The notes beneath the pieces were generated by a model. That model worked only from the letters and a program-made list of their open reading frames with translations, was not told the DNA's origin and did no database searches. Shown piece after piece: positions 8,234 through 17,980 of a DNA stretch of 51,730 nt. The stretch is from assembly GCA_947585915.1 (NCBI GenBank), contig CANPXJ010000001.1, positions 1-51,730 on the forward strand, in the 5' to 3' direction. Every line of letters begins with the position of its first letter. Within the stretch, counting starts at the first letter, position 1. Origin of the DNA: an uncultured Bacilli bacterium. GTDB taxonomy: Bacteria; Bacillota_I; Bacilli_A; RF39; UBA660. Made by a program: the position numbers and the translations under genes.

Positions 8234-9514
8234 TTATTTCAAAGTATATACTTTTATTTGATTATCAGGTGTAATACATTGGTAAATTCCATTCCCGTTT
8301 TCTTCTATTGTTTTAAACGTTTTACAAGGAATAAATACTTCATTTTTAGTTACATTGTATATTCCATCTGCATAACTATCGTCATAAAGAACACTAATCC
8401 TTCTAAGGATATCACCAGTATTCGATAGATATTCACTTCCTATATAATCATAAGTAGCGCAAGGAATATCTATCCTATTTTTAGTTACATTGTATATTCC
8501 ATCTGCATAACTATCGTCAGAAGGAACACTAATCCTTCTAAGGATATCGCCAGTATTCGATAGATATTCACTTCCTATATAATCATAAGTAGTGCAAGGA
8601 ATATCTATCTTATTTTTAGTTACATTGTATATTCCATTTACATAACTATCGTCAGAAGGAACACTAATCCTTCTAAGGATATCACCAGTATGCGATGGAA
8701 ATTCACTTCCTATATAATCATAAGTAGCACAAGGAATATCTATCCTATTTTTAGTTACATTATATATGCCCTTTACATAACCATCGTCAGAAGGAACACC
8801 AATTCTTCTAAGGATATCACCAGTCAGTGATCTAAACTCTTCTCCAACGTACGAATACGTACTATATAAATCAGTAGTATTAAATTCTTTTTTGTTTTCT
8901 TGTAAGTTTTGATTAGGTATTTCTGTGGGCTCTGGAGTTGGAATTTGTGTTGGCTCAATAGATGAGACTGGTTCTTCAGATGGAGCTATGGATGGATCTG
9001 TATTTAAAGCAATATCTAAATTTTCTTCATCATCTTTAATAATTTTTCTTTCAAGCTTTAATGTACCATAATCTAATAAATCTATTTCGCCATTTTTATA
9101 AAATACTACTATAAAAGATTTATAGTCTTCACCAATATAGTAACCAAACTTTTCTAATTTATTATAACCAATTTTTATAATTTCTTCTCTTGTAAATGGA
9201 TCTATAAATCCATATTCTAACTCATTATTATCATTATATATTCCTACTTTAAGTAAAGCTATTTTGCCAATCTGTGATAACACATCATCTACGAAATCAT
9301 ATTTTTCGTTTATCTTATATTCAGCATCTGATTTTAAACTATTTATAATCTCACCTGCCGATATATTATTTGTTTGGTCTAAACTGATAATATCATAAGT
9401 CATACTGTTATATGAATCACATCCACTTGCAGCTACTGATATTGTTGCTATTGCACTTAATGCAATAAGCTTTTTACGATACTTTTTTATTTTTTCTAAT
9501 TTTTTATTTTTCAT
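8234..9514 (-). CDS. Lipoprotein with WG-like repeats and four 45-aa tandem repeats
   Basis: Signal peptide with lipobox AASG/C. C-terminal repeats have the form YDYIGSE..S.TGDILRRISVPSDDSY..GIYNVTKN.IDIPC.T. Confidence 0.75.
   Translation of the reverse strand: MKNKKLEKIKKYRKKLIALSAIATISVAASGCDSYNSMTYDIISLDQTNNISAGEIINSLKSDAEYKINEKYDFVDDVLSQIGKIALLKVGIYNDNNELEYGFIDPFTREEIIKIGYNKLEKFGYYIGEDYKSFIVVFYKNGEIDLLDYGTLKLERKIIKDDEENLDIALNTDPSIAPSEEPVSSIEPTQIPTPEPTEIPNQNLQENKKEFNTTDLYSTYSYVGEEFRSLTGDILRRIGVPSDDGYVKGIYNVTKNRIDIPCATYDYIGSEFPSHTGDILRRISVPSDDSYVNGIYNVTKNKIDIPCTTYDYIGSEYLSNTGDILRRISVPSDDSYADGIYNVTKNRIDIPCATYDYIGSEYLSNTGDILRRISVLYDDSYADGIYNVTKNEVFIPCKTFKTIEENGNGIYQCITPDNQIKVYTLK
8318..8857 (-). 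repeat. Four tandem 135-bp coding repeats
   Basis: Units at 8723-8857, 8588-8722, 8453-8587 and 8318-8452. Units 2-4 are nearly identical at nucleotide level. Confidence 0.9.
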
Positions 9515-9634
9515 TTTCTTTTTCCCCCTTAAATAGAAAAAATCCTTTCAATAAGGATTTATAAGTCTAATAATTATATGCTAACCAATCCCCATTGATA
9601 TCGAAATTGTAGCATAAATTTTCTCTTTTGTCAA
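9515..9634 (-). promoter_or_regulatory. Promoter plus about 85-nt structured leader (copy 1 of a shared leader motif)
   Basis: Minus strand promoter TTGACA(9634-9629)-17 nt-TACAAT(9611-9606). The leader contains ATGGGGATTGGTTAG (9595-9581), then hairpin AAATCCTT/AAGGATTT (9540-9560) with a U run, directly before RBS AAGGGGG. Confidence 0.6.
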
Positions 9635-9765
9635 GTCCCCCGTAACAAGATTATCGGGGGCCGTTGTACCCTTGATTTAATTTTCAAAATTTCATAATGT
9701 TTCACAAAATTCATATTGAAAATTAAATCGTGTCAAATTTTGTAAAGCAAATGTATTACTATATA

Positions 9766-12339
9766 CTATTTTGTTTCATACCAATCTTTACCATAATCAG
9801 CACTAGCTTTTAAAGGAACCGAAAGTTTTACGACATTTTCCATAATAGTTCTAACTATAGATTCTACGCGTTCTTTTTCTTCCTTTCTAATATCAAAGAT
9901 TAATTCGTCGTGAACTTGAAGTAACATCTTGCTTTTAATATTATTTTGCATAAATGCTCTATCAATTTCGACCATTGCTTTTTTTATTATATCAGCCGAT
10001 GTTCCCTGAATAGGGGTATTAAGAGCAATACGCTCTCCGGCACTTCTTACTTGAAAAACTCGACTTGAAAGCTCTCCAATAATTCTCTTACGATTAAACA
10101 AAGTCCTTACACACCCTTCTTCATAAGCCTCTTTAACAATATTATCCATATATTTTTTTACACCTGGATAAAGTTCTAAATATTTATCAATAAACACTTT
10201 AGCTTCTTTAGGATTAATACTTAAATTTTCTCCTAAACCAAAGCCACTTATACCATAAACAATTCCAAATATTACAGCTTTAGCAGTCGAACGCATTTGT
10301 TTAGAAACCGCTTGTTCTTCTACTCCAAAGATATCTGCAGCAACTTTAGTATGAATATCTTGATTATTAATAAAAGCTTCTTGTAAATCTTTAGATTCAG
10401 AGATATGAGCTAGAATACGTAATTCAATTTGCGAATAGTCAGCTGATAAAAACATATCATTAACAGGAATAAAAGCCTTCCTAATTTTTCTTCCTTCTTC
10501 ATCGCGTGTCGGTATATTTTGTAAATTAGGATAGATAGAAGAAAGTCTACCAGTTCTCGTTAAATTTTGGGTATAAATAGTATGAATTTTACCATCTTCC
10601 ATTATAAAATTAGGAAGTCCTTCAATATAAGTATTCATGAGTTTTGTCAAATTTCGATATTCAATTATTTTTTCAATTATAGGATGATAATTTAAAAGTT
10701 TATGTAATACTTTAATATCCGTTTTATATCCTTTAACATTTCTCTTACCAAAAGGAAGTCCCAACTTTTCAAATAATATTTCTCCTAGTTGTTTAGGCGA
10801 AGAAATATTAAATTCCATTCCAGCCATATTATAGATTTCTTTAGATATCAAGTCTATTTTAACATCGATTTCTTCCTTCATTTCTTTTAAAACTTGGGGG
10901 TCTACTTTGACGCCTTCTATTTCCATTTTAGCAAGTACTTTAATTAATGGCATCTCAATATTTTTAAATAAATCATACATTTGCTCTGTTTTTAACTCGA
11001 TTATTAAATCATCTTGGGTATCATATATAAATCTTGATTTTAAAGCACAAGTTTTCTTTAAAGTCTCATATGCAAATCCTTCTTTTTTTAAAATTTCATA
11101 AAAAGGAACTTCTACCCCTTTATTGTTCATAAGATAAGCTAAATCATCTTTTAGATTATCGTAAAGTAAAGATGAAGCAATCATAGCATCATATATACAA
11201 TTAGTAACTTTTAAACCAAGTTTATTAAGTAAAACAATATTTTTCTTTAAATCATAAGTATATAAAATCTTATCTTCTAGTTTTAAAAAAGCATCTTTTA
11301 TTAATTCTTTTTTAATAAAATAATTATTTTCTTTATCACTAATACTCATTCCTAAAATATTAGCAGTATGATAATTTAAATCATCACATTCAATATAGAA
11401 AGAAACAATATCATCTAATTTTAATTCTTGAACATTTTCAATTTCTTGATATTCACAATCTAAAGCAATTTTTTCTTGTTGATGATTTTTGATTAGGGAA
11501 TAGAATTCTAATTCTTGGTATAATTCATATAATTCTTTATTATCAGTAGGTTCATATTTAATATCTTCTAAATCTTTAATATCTAAAGGGACATCACGAT
11601 AAATAGTGGCAATTTCTTTACTAAAAAAAGCATTATGCTTATCATTTTCTAATTTTTCTTTTAATTTCCCTTTGATTTTATCAATATTAGCATATACATT
11701 TTCGATAGTTTGATATTCTCTTAAAAGAGTTAAGGCCGTTTTTTCGCCTACTCCTTTTACACCGGGAATATTATCAGAAGAGTCTCCTGCTAAAGCTTTT
11801 AAATCAATAATATTAATTGGTTTAATCCCATAATCTTCAAAAAATGTCTCGGGATTATAACGAATAAAACCCTTTTGTTTTAATAACTTTACATCTACAA
11901 CATCGCTAATTAATTGTAATAAATCTCGGTCAGATGATACTATGGTAGCATCAAACTCGGGGTCTAAATCAGCCATTTTAGCTAAAGTTCCAATTATATC
12001 ATCAGCTTCATATGGTTCTAATTCAAAATGTTTAATTCCCATTTTATCTAAAACCTCACGAGCTAGAGGCATTTGCACCTTTAAATCTTCAGGAGTTTCA
12101 TTACGTCCTGCTTTATAATCCTCATATTTATCTTTTCTAAAGTTTTTACCAACATCAAAAGCAACAGCCATAAAAAGAGGTTGCTCTTCATCAATTATTT
12201 TATTAATCATAGAAATAAAACCATATAAGGCATTTGTGGCTATTCCTTTAGAATTACGCATTATATTTCCTGTATAAGCTGTGGCATAATAGCTTCTAAA
12301 CATTAAATTATTACCATCAACTAAAATTATTTTTTTCAT
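9766..12339 (-). CDS. polA: DNA polymerase I
   Basis: 857 aa. 5'-nuclease N-terminus (LVDGNNLMFRSYYA) and family A polymerase motifs (DYSQIELR, QVHDELIF). Confidence 0.95.
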   Translation of the reverse strand: MKKIILVDGNNLMFRSYYATAYTGNIMRNSKGIATNALYGFISMINKIIDEEQPLFMAVAFDVGKNFRKDKYEDYKAGRNETPEDLKVQMPLAREVLDKMGIKHFELEPYEADDIIGTLAKMADLDPEFDATIVSSDRDLLQLISDVVDVKLLKQKGFIRYNPETFFEDYGIKPINIIDLKALAGDSSDNIPGVKGVGEKTALTLLREYQTIENVYANIDKIKGKLKEKLENDKHNAFFSKEIATIYRDVPLDIKDLEDIKYEPTDNKELYELYQELEFYSLIKNHQQEKIALDCEYQEIENVQELKLDDIVSFYIECDDLNYHTANILGMSISDKENNYFIKKELIKDAFLKLEDKILYTYDLKKNIVLLNKLGLKVTNCIYDAMIASSLLYDNLKDDLAYLMNNKGVEVPFYEILKKEGFAYETLKKTCALKSRFIYDTQDDLIIELKTEQMYDLFKNIEMPLIKVLAKMEIEGVKVDPQVLKEMKEEIDVKIDLISKEIYNMAGMEFNISSPKQLGEILFEKLGLPFGKRNVKGYKTDIKVLHKLLNYHPIIEKIIEYRNLTKLMNTYIEGLPNFIMEDGKIHTIYTQNLTRTGRLSSIYPNLQNIPTRDEEGRKIRKAFIPVNDMFLSADYSQIELRILAHISESKDLQEAFINNQDIHTKVAADIFGVEEQAVSKQMRSTAKAVIFGIVYGISGFGLGENLSINPKEAKVFIDKYLELYPGVKKYMDNIVKEAYEEGCVRTLFNRKRIIGELSSRVFQVRSAGERIALNTPIQGTSADIIKKAMVEIDRAFMQNNIKSKMLLQVHDELIFDIRKEEKERVESIVRTIMENVVKLSVPLKASADYGKDWYETK

Positions 12340-12427
12340 CCTACTTCACCTAGTTTTATTATACAAAAAAAATAGCTTAAATACTATTTTTTATTTATTA
12401 TTCTATTTGATTTTTCTTATCAGCAAA

Positions 12428-13417
12428 TTAGGATGAAAGTTGAGCAAAAGAGTAACAATCATCACCTAATTGAGTCCTCCTTTCTTCAGAGGTATATCCA
12501 AATGGATCAGAATTGGTATCAGGAAAAGAATAAAATGTAAATTCTCCTCCTTGGACTGATTCACTTTGCTTAACATGAGTTTTAAAAGGAATATATTTAC
12601 TCTTATCCATTGGAGCAAAACTCACTCCATCATTAGAAGCACTCGCAATGGCTCCAATGTAGACTTGTTCATCAACATAAGCAGGAAGCGTTCGTTTTCC
12701 ATCCACTAAAACAGCTTTAACAACATTTCTAATTTCATCAGTCACATTCTGGAATCGGTCTAAAGAAACATCAGGAAACCATTTACTATTTTTAACATAA
12801 CTAACTAAACCATCGGCTCCTTGACCAAATATACGTCCATTTTTCTCAAACAAGTTAGCAAATAAAGAAGCTTCGGCGGCATAACCTTTTAAACTCGCCT
12901 GTTCATTCATTGCAACTTTTGCCAAAAAATTTATTTGTTCATCACTTAAATCATATTTAACAAAATTACCTTTACCACTTACCTCCATAGCGCTATTATC
13001 GGCAGTCCTTCTAACATATTTTTGTTTATCATATGATGCTAAATACTTTTGAGAAGTTGCTTCATATCCTTTTAATTCTTTTTCTTGGGCTCTTTTTAAA
13101 CCAGCAACTACATCCTTATTAGCATTATTTATACAAATTGATAATTTATTATAAATGCCATCATAGCTATCCATAGTATCAAAAACAATATGAATAATTT
13201 TAGGCATCAGTAAAATAATTAGGATGCTAGCAGTTTTTGCTCCCATATTAAAAAGTATTCCTTTTAATTCATCTGCTTTGCCCGACATAACTGCTTTAAA
13301 TCCATCAAAAGTACCCATTGCTAGCATAACAACAGGTAAAATAATTAAAGCAGCATTATAAATAAATTTTACGATGATTAATCCATTTAAAAAATTATAA
13401 TCTGTACAAAAATCCAT
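12428..13417 (-). CDS. Membrane-anchored protein with a conserved extracytoplasmic domain of unknown function (paralog of 17981-18712)
   Basis: N-terminal TM helices. The C-terminal ~170 aa align with ORF 17981-18712 (AAEASL.AN, VKNS.WF, GKRTLP.Y.D, FP.TNDPFGYTS). Start moved to MDFCTDY, which has RBS AAAGAGG. Confidence 0.5.
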   Translation of the reverse strand: MDFCTDYNFLNGLIIVKFIYNAALIILPVVMLAMGTFDGFKAVMSGKADELKGILFNMGAKTASILIILLMPKIIHIVFDTMDSYDGIYNKLSICINNANKDVVAGLKRAQEKELKGYEATSQKYLASYDKQKYVRRTADNSAMEVSGKGNFVKYDLSDEQINFLAKVAMNEQASLKGYAAEASLFANLFEKNGRIFGQGADGLVSYVKNSKWFPDVSLDRFQNVTDEIRNVVKAVLVDGKRTLPAYVDEQVYIGAIASASNDGVSFAPMDKSKYIPFKTHVKQSESVQGGEFTFYSFPDTNSDPFGYTSEERRTQLGDDCYSFAQLSS

Positions 13418-13481
13418 AATTACCTCTTTTACTCTCATAATTTATATATTATAATATTAGTATAGCAAAGATGGTGGTTAA

Positions 13482-14024
13482 ATGAAAAGCTTTTTTAAGA
13501 AATATGGTGTATTTATTGTCTTTATTATCTTAATTATTATCTTATTTTTTAGTTTTTTCAAAAAAACTCCCAATGAGAAGTTAAAAAAATATTTAATAGA
13601 AAACGGATTTAATTATTTTTCGGAAAGTGAATTAAGTAAAGAAAATCCTGCCTTAGAAAAATATGAAGATGGTTCAAGTGATATATACAATATTATTACT
13701 TATGATTTTAACAATAGTAAATTTTATTATATAAATAGGCAGAAAGAAGATGGATATGAAAATGCCTATAATTTATCAATTGATTTAATGAATGGCTTTA
13801 TTACAGGTGATTATAAAAAAGAAAACGAATACGATTCTTGGTATATAGAAGCTTCTTTAGATTCCAAAACTAATAAATTTAATTGTGATACCGATGGATA
13901 TAAAGGAATGATTGAATATTGTGATTTTTTACAAGAAGAGATGACAAAATTTAGATCTCAAGTATCTGCATATTTAATAGAAAGTGGCACAAATGACTAT
14001 TATTCTAAACAAATGAATGACTAA
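13482..14024 (+). CDS. Membrane-anchored hypothetical protein
   Basis: 180-aa ORF with an N-terminal TM helix and RBS GGTGG. No recognisable motif. Confidence 0.5.
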   Translation: MKSFFKKYGVFIVFIILIIILFFSFFKKTPNEKLKKYLIENGFNYFSESELSKENPALEKYEDGSSDIYNIITYDFNNSKFYYINRQKEDGYENAYNLSIDLMNGFITGDYKKENEYDSWYIEASLDSKTNKFNCDTDGYKGMIEYCDFLQEEMTKFRSQVSAYLIESGTNDYYSKQMND

Positions 14025-14035
14025 AAAAAGAGATT

Positions 14036-16069
14036 TTATTTCTCTTTTTTTTCATTCTCACAATTAGGACAAACCTCTTTTTTGCGTTTTATAACCATTA
14101 CACTACCACATTTAGGGCATTTATTTTCTGTTGGCTCATACCAAGAAGCATAATCACATTTAGGATAATTATTACATCCCCAGAATTTCTTTCCTCTTCT
14201 AGTTGTTTTTTCGATGACTTTACCATCACATTTAGGACAATCAATGACCTCGACAACTTTTTTTTCTTCCTTTTTAATATATTTACATTCAGGATAATTA
14301 GAACAAGCCACAAATTTACCATATCGCCCATTTCTAATAACTAAATCGGAGCCACATTCTGGACAAGCCTCACCTGTTTTTTCAGCTTCCTTTTTTTCCA
14401 TATTCTTAAAAGCATCCTCAACCGTAGGTTCAAAAACATTATAAAAATCTTTCAATATTTTAATATTATCACATTTATTTAAAGCGATTTCATCTAAGTC
14501 TTTTTCCATATTAGCAGTGTATTCTACATTAATAATGTTACTGAAAAACTCTTGTAATTTATCAGTTGTTTCAATTCCAATGTCAGTTGGCACAAATCTT
14601 TTATTATCAATCGTAACATACCCTCTAGCCTTAATTGTTTCCATGGTTGGTGCGTAAGTTGAAGGACGCCCTATTCCTAGTTTTTCCATTTCATCAATTA
14701 AAGAGGCTTCAGTATATCTAGCTGGTGGTTTAGTAAAGTGTTGTTCCTTTTTAATTTCACTAGCAATTACTACATCACTATTATACTTTTCTAAATCTGG
14801 TAAGATGACATCTTCATTTTGCTCATATTTACTATATACTTTTAAATAACCATCAAAGATTAAAACACTACCTGTAGCTTTAAAAGTATAACCATTATTT
14901 TCTAATATAATAGTTGTTGCTTTAACTCGAGCGTCTTTCATTAAAGAAGCCAAAGCGCGATAATAAATTAAACTATATAATTTATATTCATCTGGGCTTA
15001 AATAAGATTTAAGACTCTCTGGTGTTCTTTTAATACTAGTTGGACGAATTGCCTCATGCGCATCCTGGGAATTTTCATCTTTTTTAACCTTTTTAATAGC
15101 TCCTACATATTCAGGACCATAGTTATCCTTAATATATTTAAAAGTTTCCGCTGTAAACACTTCTGATAAACGATACGAATCAGTACGCATATAAGTAATT
15201 AAACCAGTAGTTTCACTCCCAATATTTATACCTTCATAAAGTTTTTGAGCAATACGCATAGTTTTAGAAGAGCCAAATCCTAATTTAGAAGAAGCATCTT
15301 TTTGTAAAGTAGATGTTTTAAAAGGCATTTTTCCTTTCCGATTTTTTTCTTTCGAAGTGACACTTTCAATTTTAAAAGCATTAGAAAGTTTACCTAATAT
15401 TTCCTCCGCTTCAACTAAACTTTTTATTTCTACCTTTTTACCATGATATTTTTCTAACATGGCATTAAAATCAGCAAATATAGCTTCAATAGTATAATAT
15501 TCTTCTTCTTTAAAAGCTTCGATTTCTCTTTCTCTATCTACGATTAATTTCAAAGCCACGCTTTGCACTCTACCGGCACTCTTACCGCCTGTTTTAGATT
15601 GCATTAATTTTGATAATCTAAAACCAATTATTCTATCTATTATTCTTCTTGTCTCTTGAGATTTTACTAAATTATTATCAATTTTACGAGCGTGATTAAA
15701 AGCATCTTTTACGACATCTTTAGTTATTTCATGAAACTCAACTCTTTTATAATCATCATCTTTTAATCCTAAGGCATCAAATAAATGCCAACTAATTGCT
15801 TCTCCTTCCCGGTCAGGGTCGGTAGCTAAATAAACTATATCAGATGCTGCAACATCTTTTTTCATTTCGGTAATTAATTTTTTCTTACCCTTAATTGGCA
15901 CATAAGTTGGTTTAAAATCTGCATCAACATCGACACCTAAACCAAACTTACCACTTGTTGCTAAATCACGAACATGACCTTTAGAAGATATTACTTTATA
16001 ATCTTTACCTAAATATTTTTCGATTGTTTTACTTTTACTTGGTGATTCCACAATTACTAAATGTTTCAT
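14036..16069 (-). CDS. topA: DNA topoisomerase I
   Basis: MKHLVIVESPSKSKTIEKYLG Toprim N-terminus and C-terminal C4 zinc ribbons. Confidence 0.95.
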   Translation of the reverse strand: MKHLVIVESPSKSKTIEKYLGKDYKVISSKGHVRDLATSGKFGLGVDVDADFKPTYVPIKGKKKLITEMKKDVAASDIVYLATDPDREGEAISWHLFDALGLKDDDYKRVEFHEITKDVVKDAFNHARKIDNNLVKSQETRRIIDRIIGFRLSKLMQSKTGGKSAGRVQSVALKLIVDREREIEAFKEEEYYTIEAIFADFNAMLEKYHGKKVEIKSLVEAEEILGKLSNAFKIESVTSKEKNRKGKMPFKTSTLQKDASSKLGFGSSKTMRIAQKLYEGINIGSETTGLITYMRTDSYRLSEVFTAETFKYIKDNYGPEYVGAIKKVKKDENSQDAHEAIRPTSIKRTPESLKSYLSPDEYKLYSLIYYRALASLMKDARVKATTIILENNGYTFKATGSVLIFDGYLKVYSKYEQNEDVILPDLEKYNSDVVIASEIKKEQHFTKPPARYTEASLIDEMEKLGIGRPSTYAPTMETIKARGYVTIDNKRFVPTDIGIETTDKLQEFFSNIINVEYTANMEKDLDEIALNKCDNIKILKDFYNVFEPTVEDAFKNMEKKEAEKTGEACPECGSDLVIRNGRYGKFVACSNYPECKYIKKEEKKVVEVIDCPKCDGKVIEKTTRRGKKFWGCNNYPKCDYASWYEPTENKCPKCGSVMVIKRKKEVCPNCENEKKEK

Positions 16070-16196
16070 AAAATTTTCCTTTCTCTTTTAGAATTGAATT
16101 ATAAACTAATATATTATGGTTGTCAATTTAATAAAACTACTCTAATATTAAAACATCTTATTTAACAAAGCAAGAAAAAATTACCATTTCTAGTAA

Positions 16197-17081
16197 TTAT
16201 CTTTTAATAAAATTAATATGAGGATTATTTAAAGGAACTCTTTGATAGTCTAAAAACTTTTTAGTTTCATGATTATATTGATTATCTAATCCATTTAAAA
16301 ACTTTTCATAATCAATATCAGTATAAGGCGTGGTATAAGAAAAATCTTGATATTCTTCATAATACAGGCCATTACAATAAGAAATAGCAAAACCATCTAG
16401 ATAAGCTTTTAAAACATTTGAAGTTATCTTAATATAACCATCACTTAATATTTTCTTGGCTACTTCTTCTCTTTTATCATTCATTAACATAAATGTTCCC
16501 GCTTGAGGAGAAGCTAAAAAAGGAATACCTAAGCGATTTAAAAGACATCTTTTAAGTAGAAAAAATTGTTTATAAGTACAATCAACTAAATAATAAGAGT
16601 CTTGATATTTTATAATATTAAAATAATGTCTATGAAAGTAAGAATTAGGGTTATTAACAAATCCTGGTTGTAAACAAAAAGTATAAACGGGAAGATTAAA
16701 CTTTTTACATAATTTGCGAGTAAATAGAGTCGAATTTAAACAAGTTCCTTGCATATCTTTTTTTTGATCTTTATTTAAATAAGTTTGAGTTTTTAAAACA
16801 ATTTGTTCTAATATATTGCCTTGTTTTACTACTTCATTAATTTCTATTAAGTATTTATTTGGAAGTAATTGCTCACATATTAAAATTAGTTTACTCATAT
16901 TTTTTAAATCTTCAATATCAGTTATTTCTAATGCTCTTTCTTTGGCCAGTTGATATATTTTATTCATTATTTTTATTTTTTCTTCTTCACATGTATTCTT
17001 TAACTGGTAATAACAATTACAAATAGAAAGAAATGGTTCTTCTTCTAAATTAATCTTCTTTTTTAAGATATCAATATTCAT
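16197..17081 (-). CDS. Transglutaminase/papain-like Cys-His-Asp protein, paralog A
   Basis: QGTCLNSTLF...HRHYFNII...YLVDCTYKQFF gives Cys, His and Asp in transglutaminase-core order. No signal peptide. Confidence 0.55.
   Translation of the reverse strand: MNIDILKKKINLEEEPFLSICNCYYQLKNTCEEEKIKIMNKIYQLAKERALEITDIEDLKNMSKLILICEQLLPNKYLIEINEVVKQGNILEQIVLKTQTYLNKDQKKDMQGTCLNSTLFTRKLCKKFNLPVYTFCLQPGFVNNPNSYFHRHYFNIIKYQDSYYLVDCTYKQFFLLKRCLLNRLGIPFLASPQAGTFMLMNDKREEVAKKILSDGYIKITSNVLKAYLDGFAISYCNGLYYEEYQDFSYTTPYTDIDYEKFLNGLDNQYNHETKKFLDYQRVPLNNPHINFIKR
16267..16510 (-). repeat. Near-identical 3' block shared with paralog B
   Basis: Long identical runs with 17139-17390, e.g. a 32-nt run gtataagaaaaatcttgatattcttcataata. 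Confidence 0.85.
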
Positions 17082-17083
17082 AA

Positions 17084-17971
17084 TTACCTCCCTAATTTAT
17101 TTAATGGCCTTTTTTGATACCCCAAACATTGAGCCTTTTCATGATTATATTGATTATCTAGTCCATTTAAGAAATTCCAATAATCATCATCCGTATATAA
17201 AGTTGTATAAGAAAAATCTTGATATTCTTCATAATATAAGCCATTACGATAAGAAATAGCAAAACCATCTAAATAAGCTTTTAAAACGCCTGGAGTAAGT
17301 TCTATCCAACAATCACTTAATATTTTTTTTGCTATTTCTTTTCTCTTTTCATTCATCAGCATAAAACTTCCAGCTTGGGGTCCAACCATTTCCATCATTC
17401 CTAAATATTCAAAGCAATTTCTTTTTAATAAGAAAAACTGACTATAAGTTGCATCAATTAAATATTTCTTTCCTTTATTATCAACAATTCCAAAAAAGTG
17501 TTGACCATAACTATGTTTATTTATAAATCCTAAATTTATTTCTTGAATATGAAATTTTAAATCATACATGAAAGCATATCTTTGTGCGAGGATTGTGGCA
17601 TTATAACATTGGCCTCGTAAATCCCCACTAATCTGATATTCATTTATTTCTTCTCTAACTTTTTTTATTATTAAATCTAAAATATCTTCTATATTATCAA
17701 AACTAAAACTTACTTTATTACTAAAAGGAACATTTATTAGTTTTTTACATGGTAAAAATTTCTCCATATAAATTAGTTCTTTAATAATTTTTTCATAATC
17801 ATAAGATATAGATTTTTTTTCATAATCATAAAAATTAGGAGACACTTTTTTAATATAACTACACATGTCTTTAAATAATTTTAATTTTCTATTACTAGTT
17901 AAACTACTATCAAAACGCTCTTGATAATTTTTTATTCTATCTATTATTTTCTTATTAACTTCCATATTCAA
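17084..17971 (-). CDS. Transglutaminase/papain-like Cys-His-Asp protein, paralog B
   Basis: RGQCYNATILAQ...GQHFFGIV...YLIDATYSQFF. The C-terminal ~90 aa are nearly identical to paralog A. Confidence 0.55.
   Translation of the reverse strand: MNMEVNKKIIDRIKNYQERFDSSLTSNRKLKLFKDMCSYIKKVSPNFYDYEKKSISYDYEKIIKELIYMEKFLPCKKLINVPFSNKVSFSFDNIEDILDLIIKKVREEINEYQISGDLRGQCYNATILAQRYAFMYDLKFHIQEINLGFINKHSYGQHFFGIVDNKGKKYLIDATYSQFFLLKRNCFEYLGMMEMVGPQAGSFMLMNEKRKEIAKKILSDCWIELTPGVLKAYLDGFAISYRNGLYYEEYQDFSYTTLYTDDDYWNFLNGLDNQYNHEKAQCLGYQKRPLNKLGR
17139..17390 (-). repeat. Near-identical 3' block shared with paralog A
   Basis: See 16267-16510. Confidence 0.85.
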
Positions 17972-17980
17972 ACCCTCATA

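Noticed and set aside
8318-8857. Regularly spaced 135-bp repeats, considered as a possible CRISPR-like or other non-coding array.
   Set aside because: The repeats are contiguous with no spacers, are in-frame, and encode a conserved 45-aa protein unit inside a long ORF. No cas genes are present.
14098-14331. Same-strand alternative-frame ORFs: 14098-14331 inside topA and 29440-29634 inside leuS.
   Set aside because: They are embedded in conserved coding sequence in another frame, and no start signals are present. They are chance ORFs.
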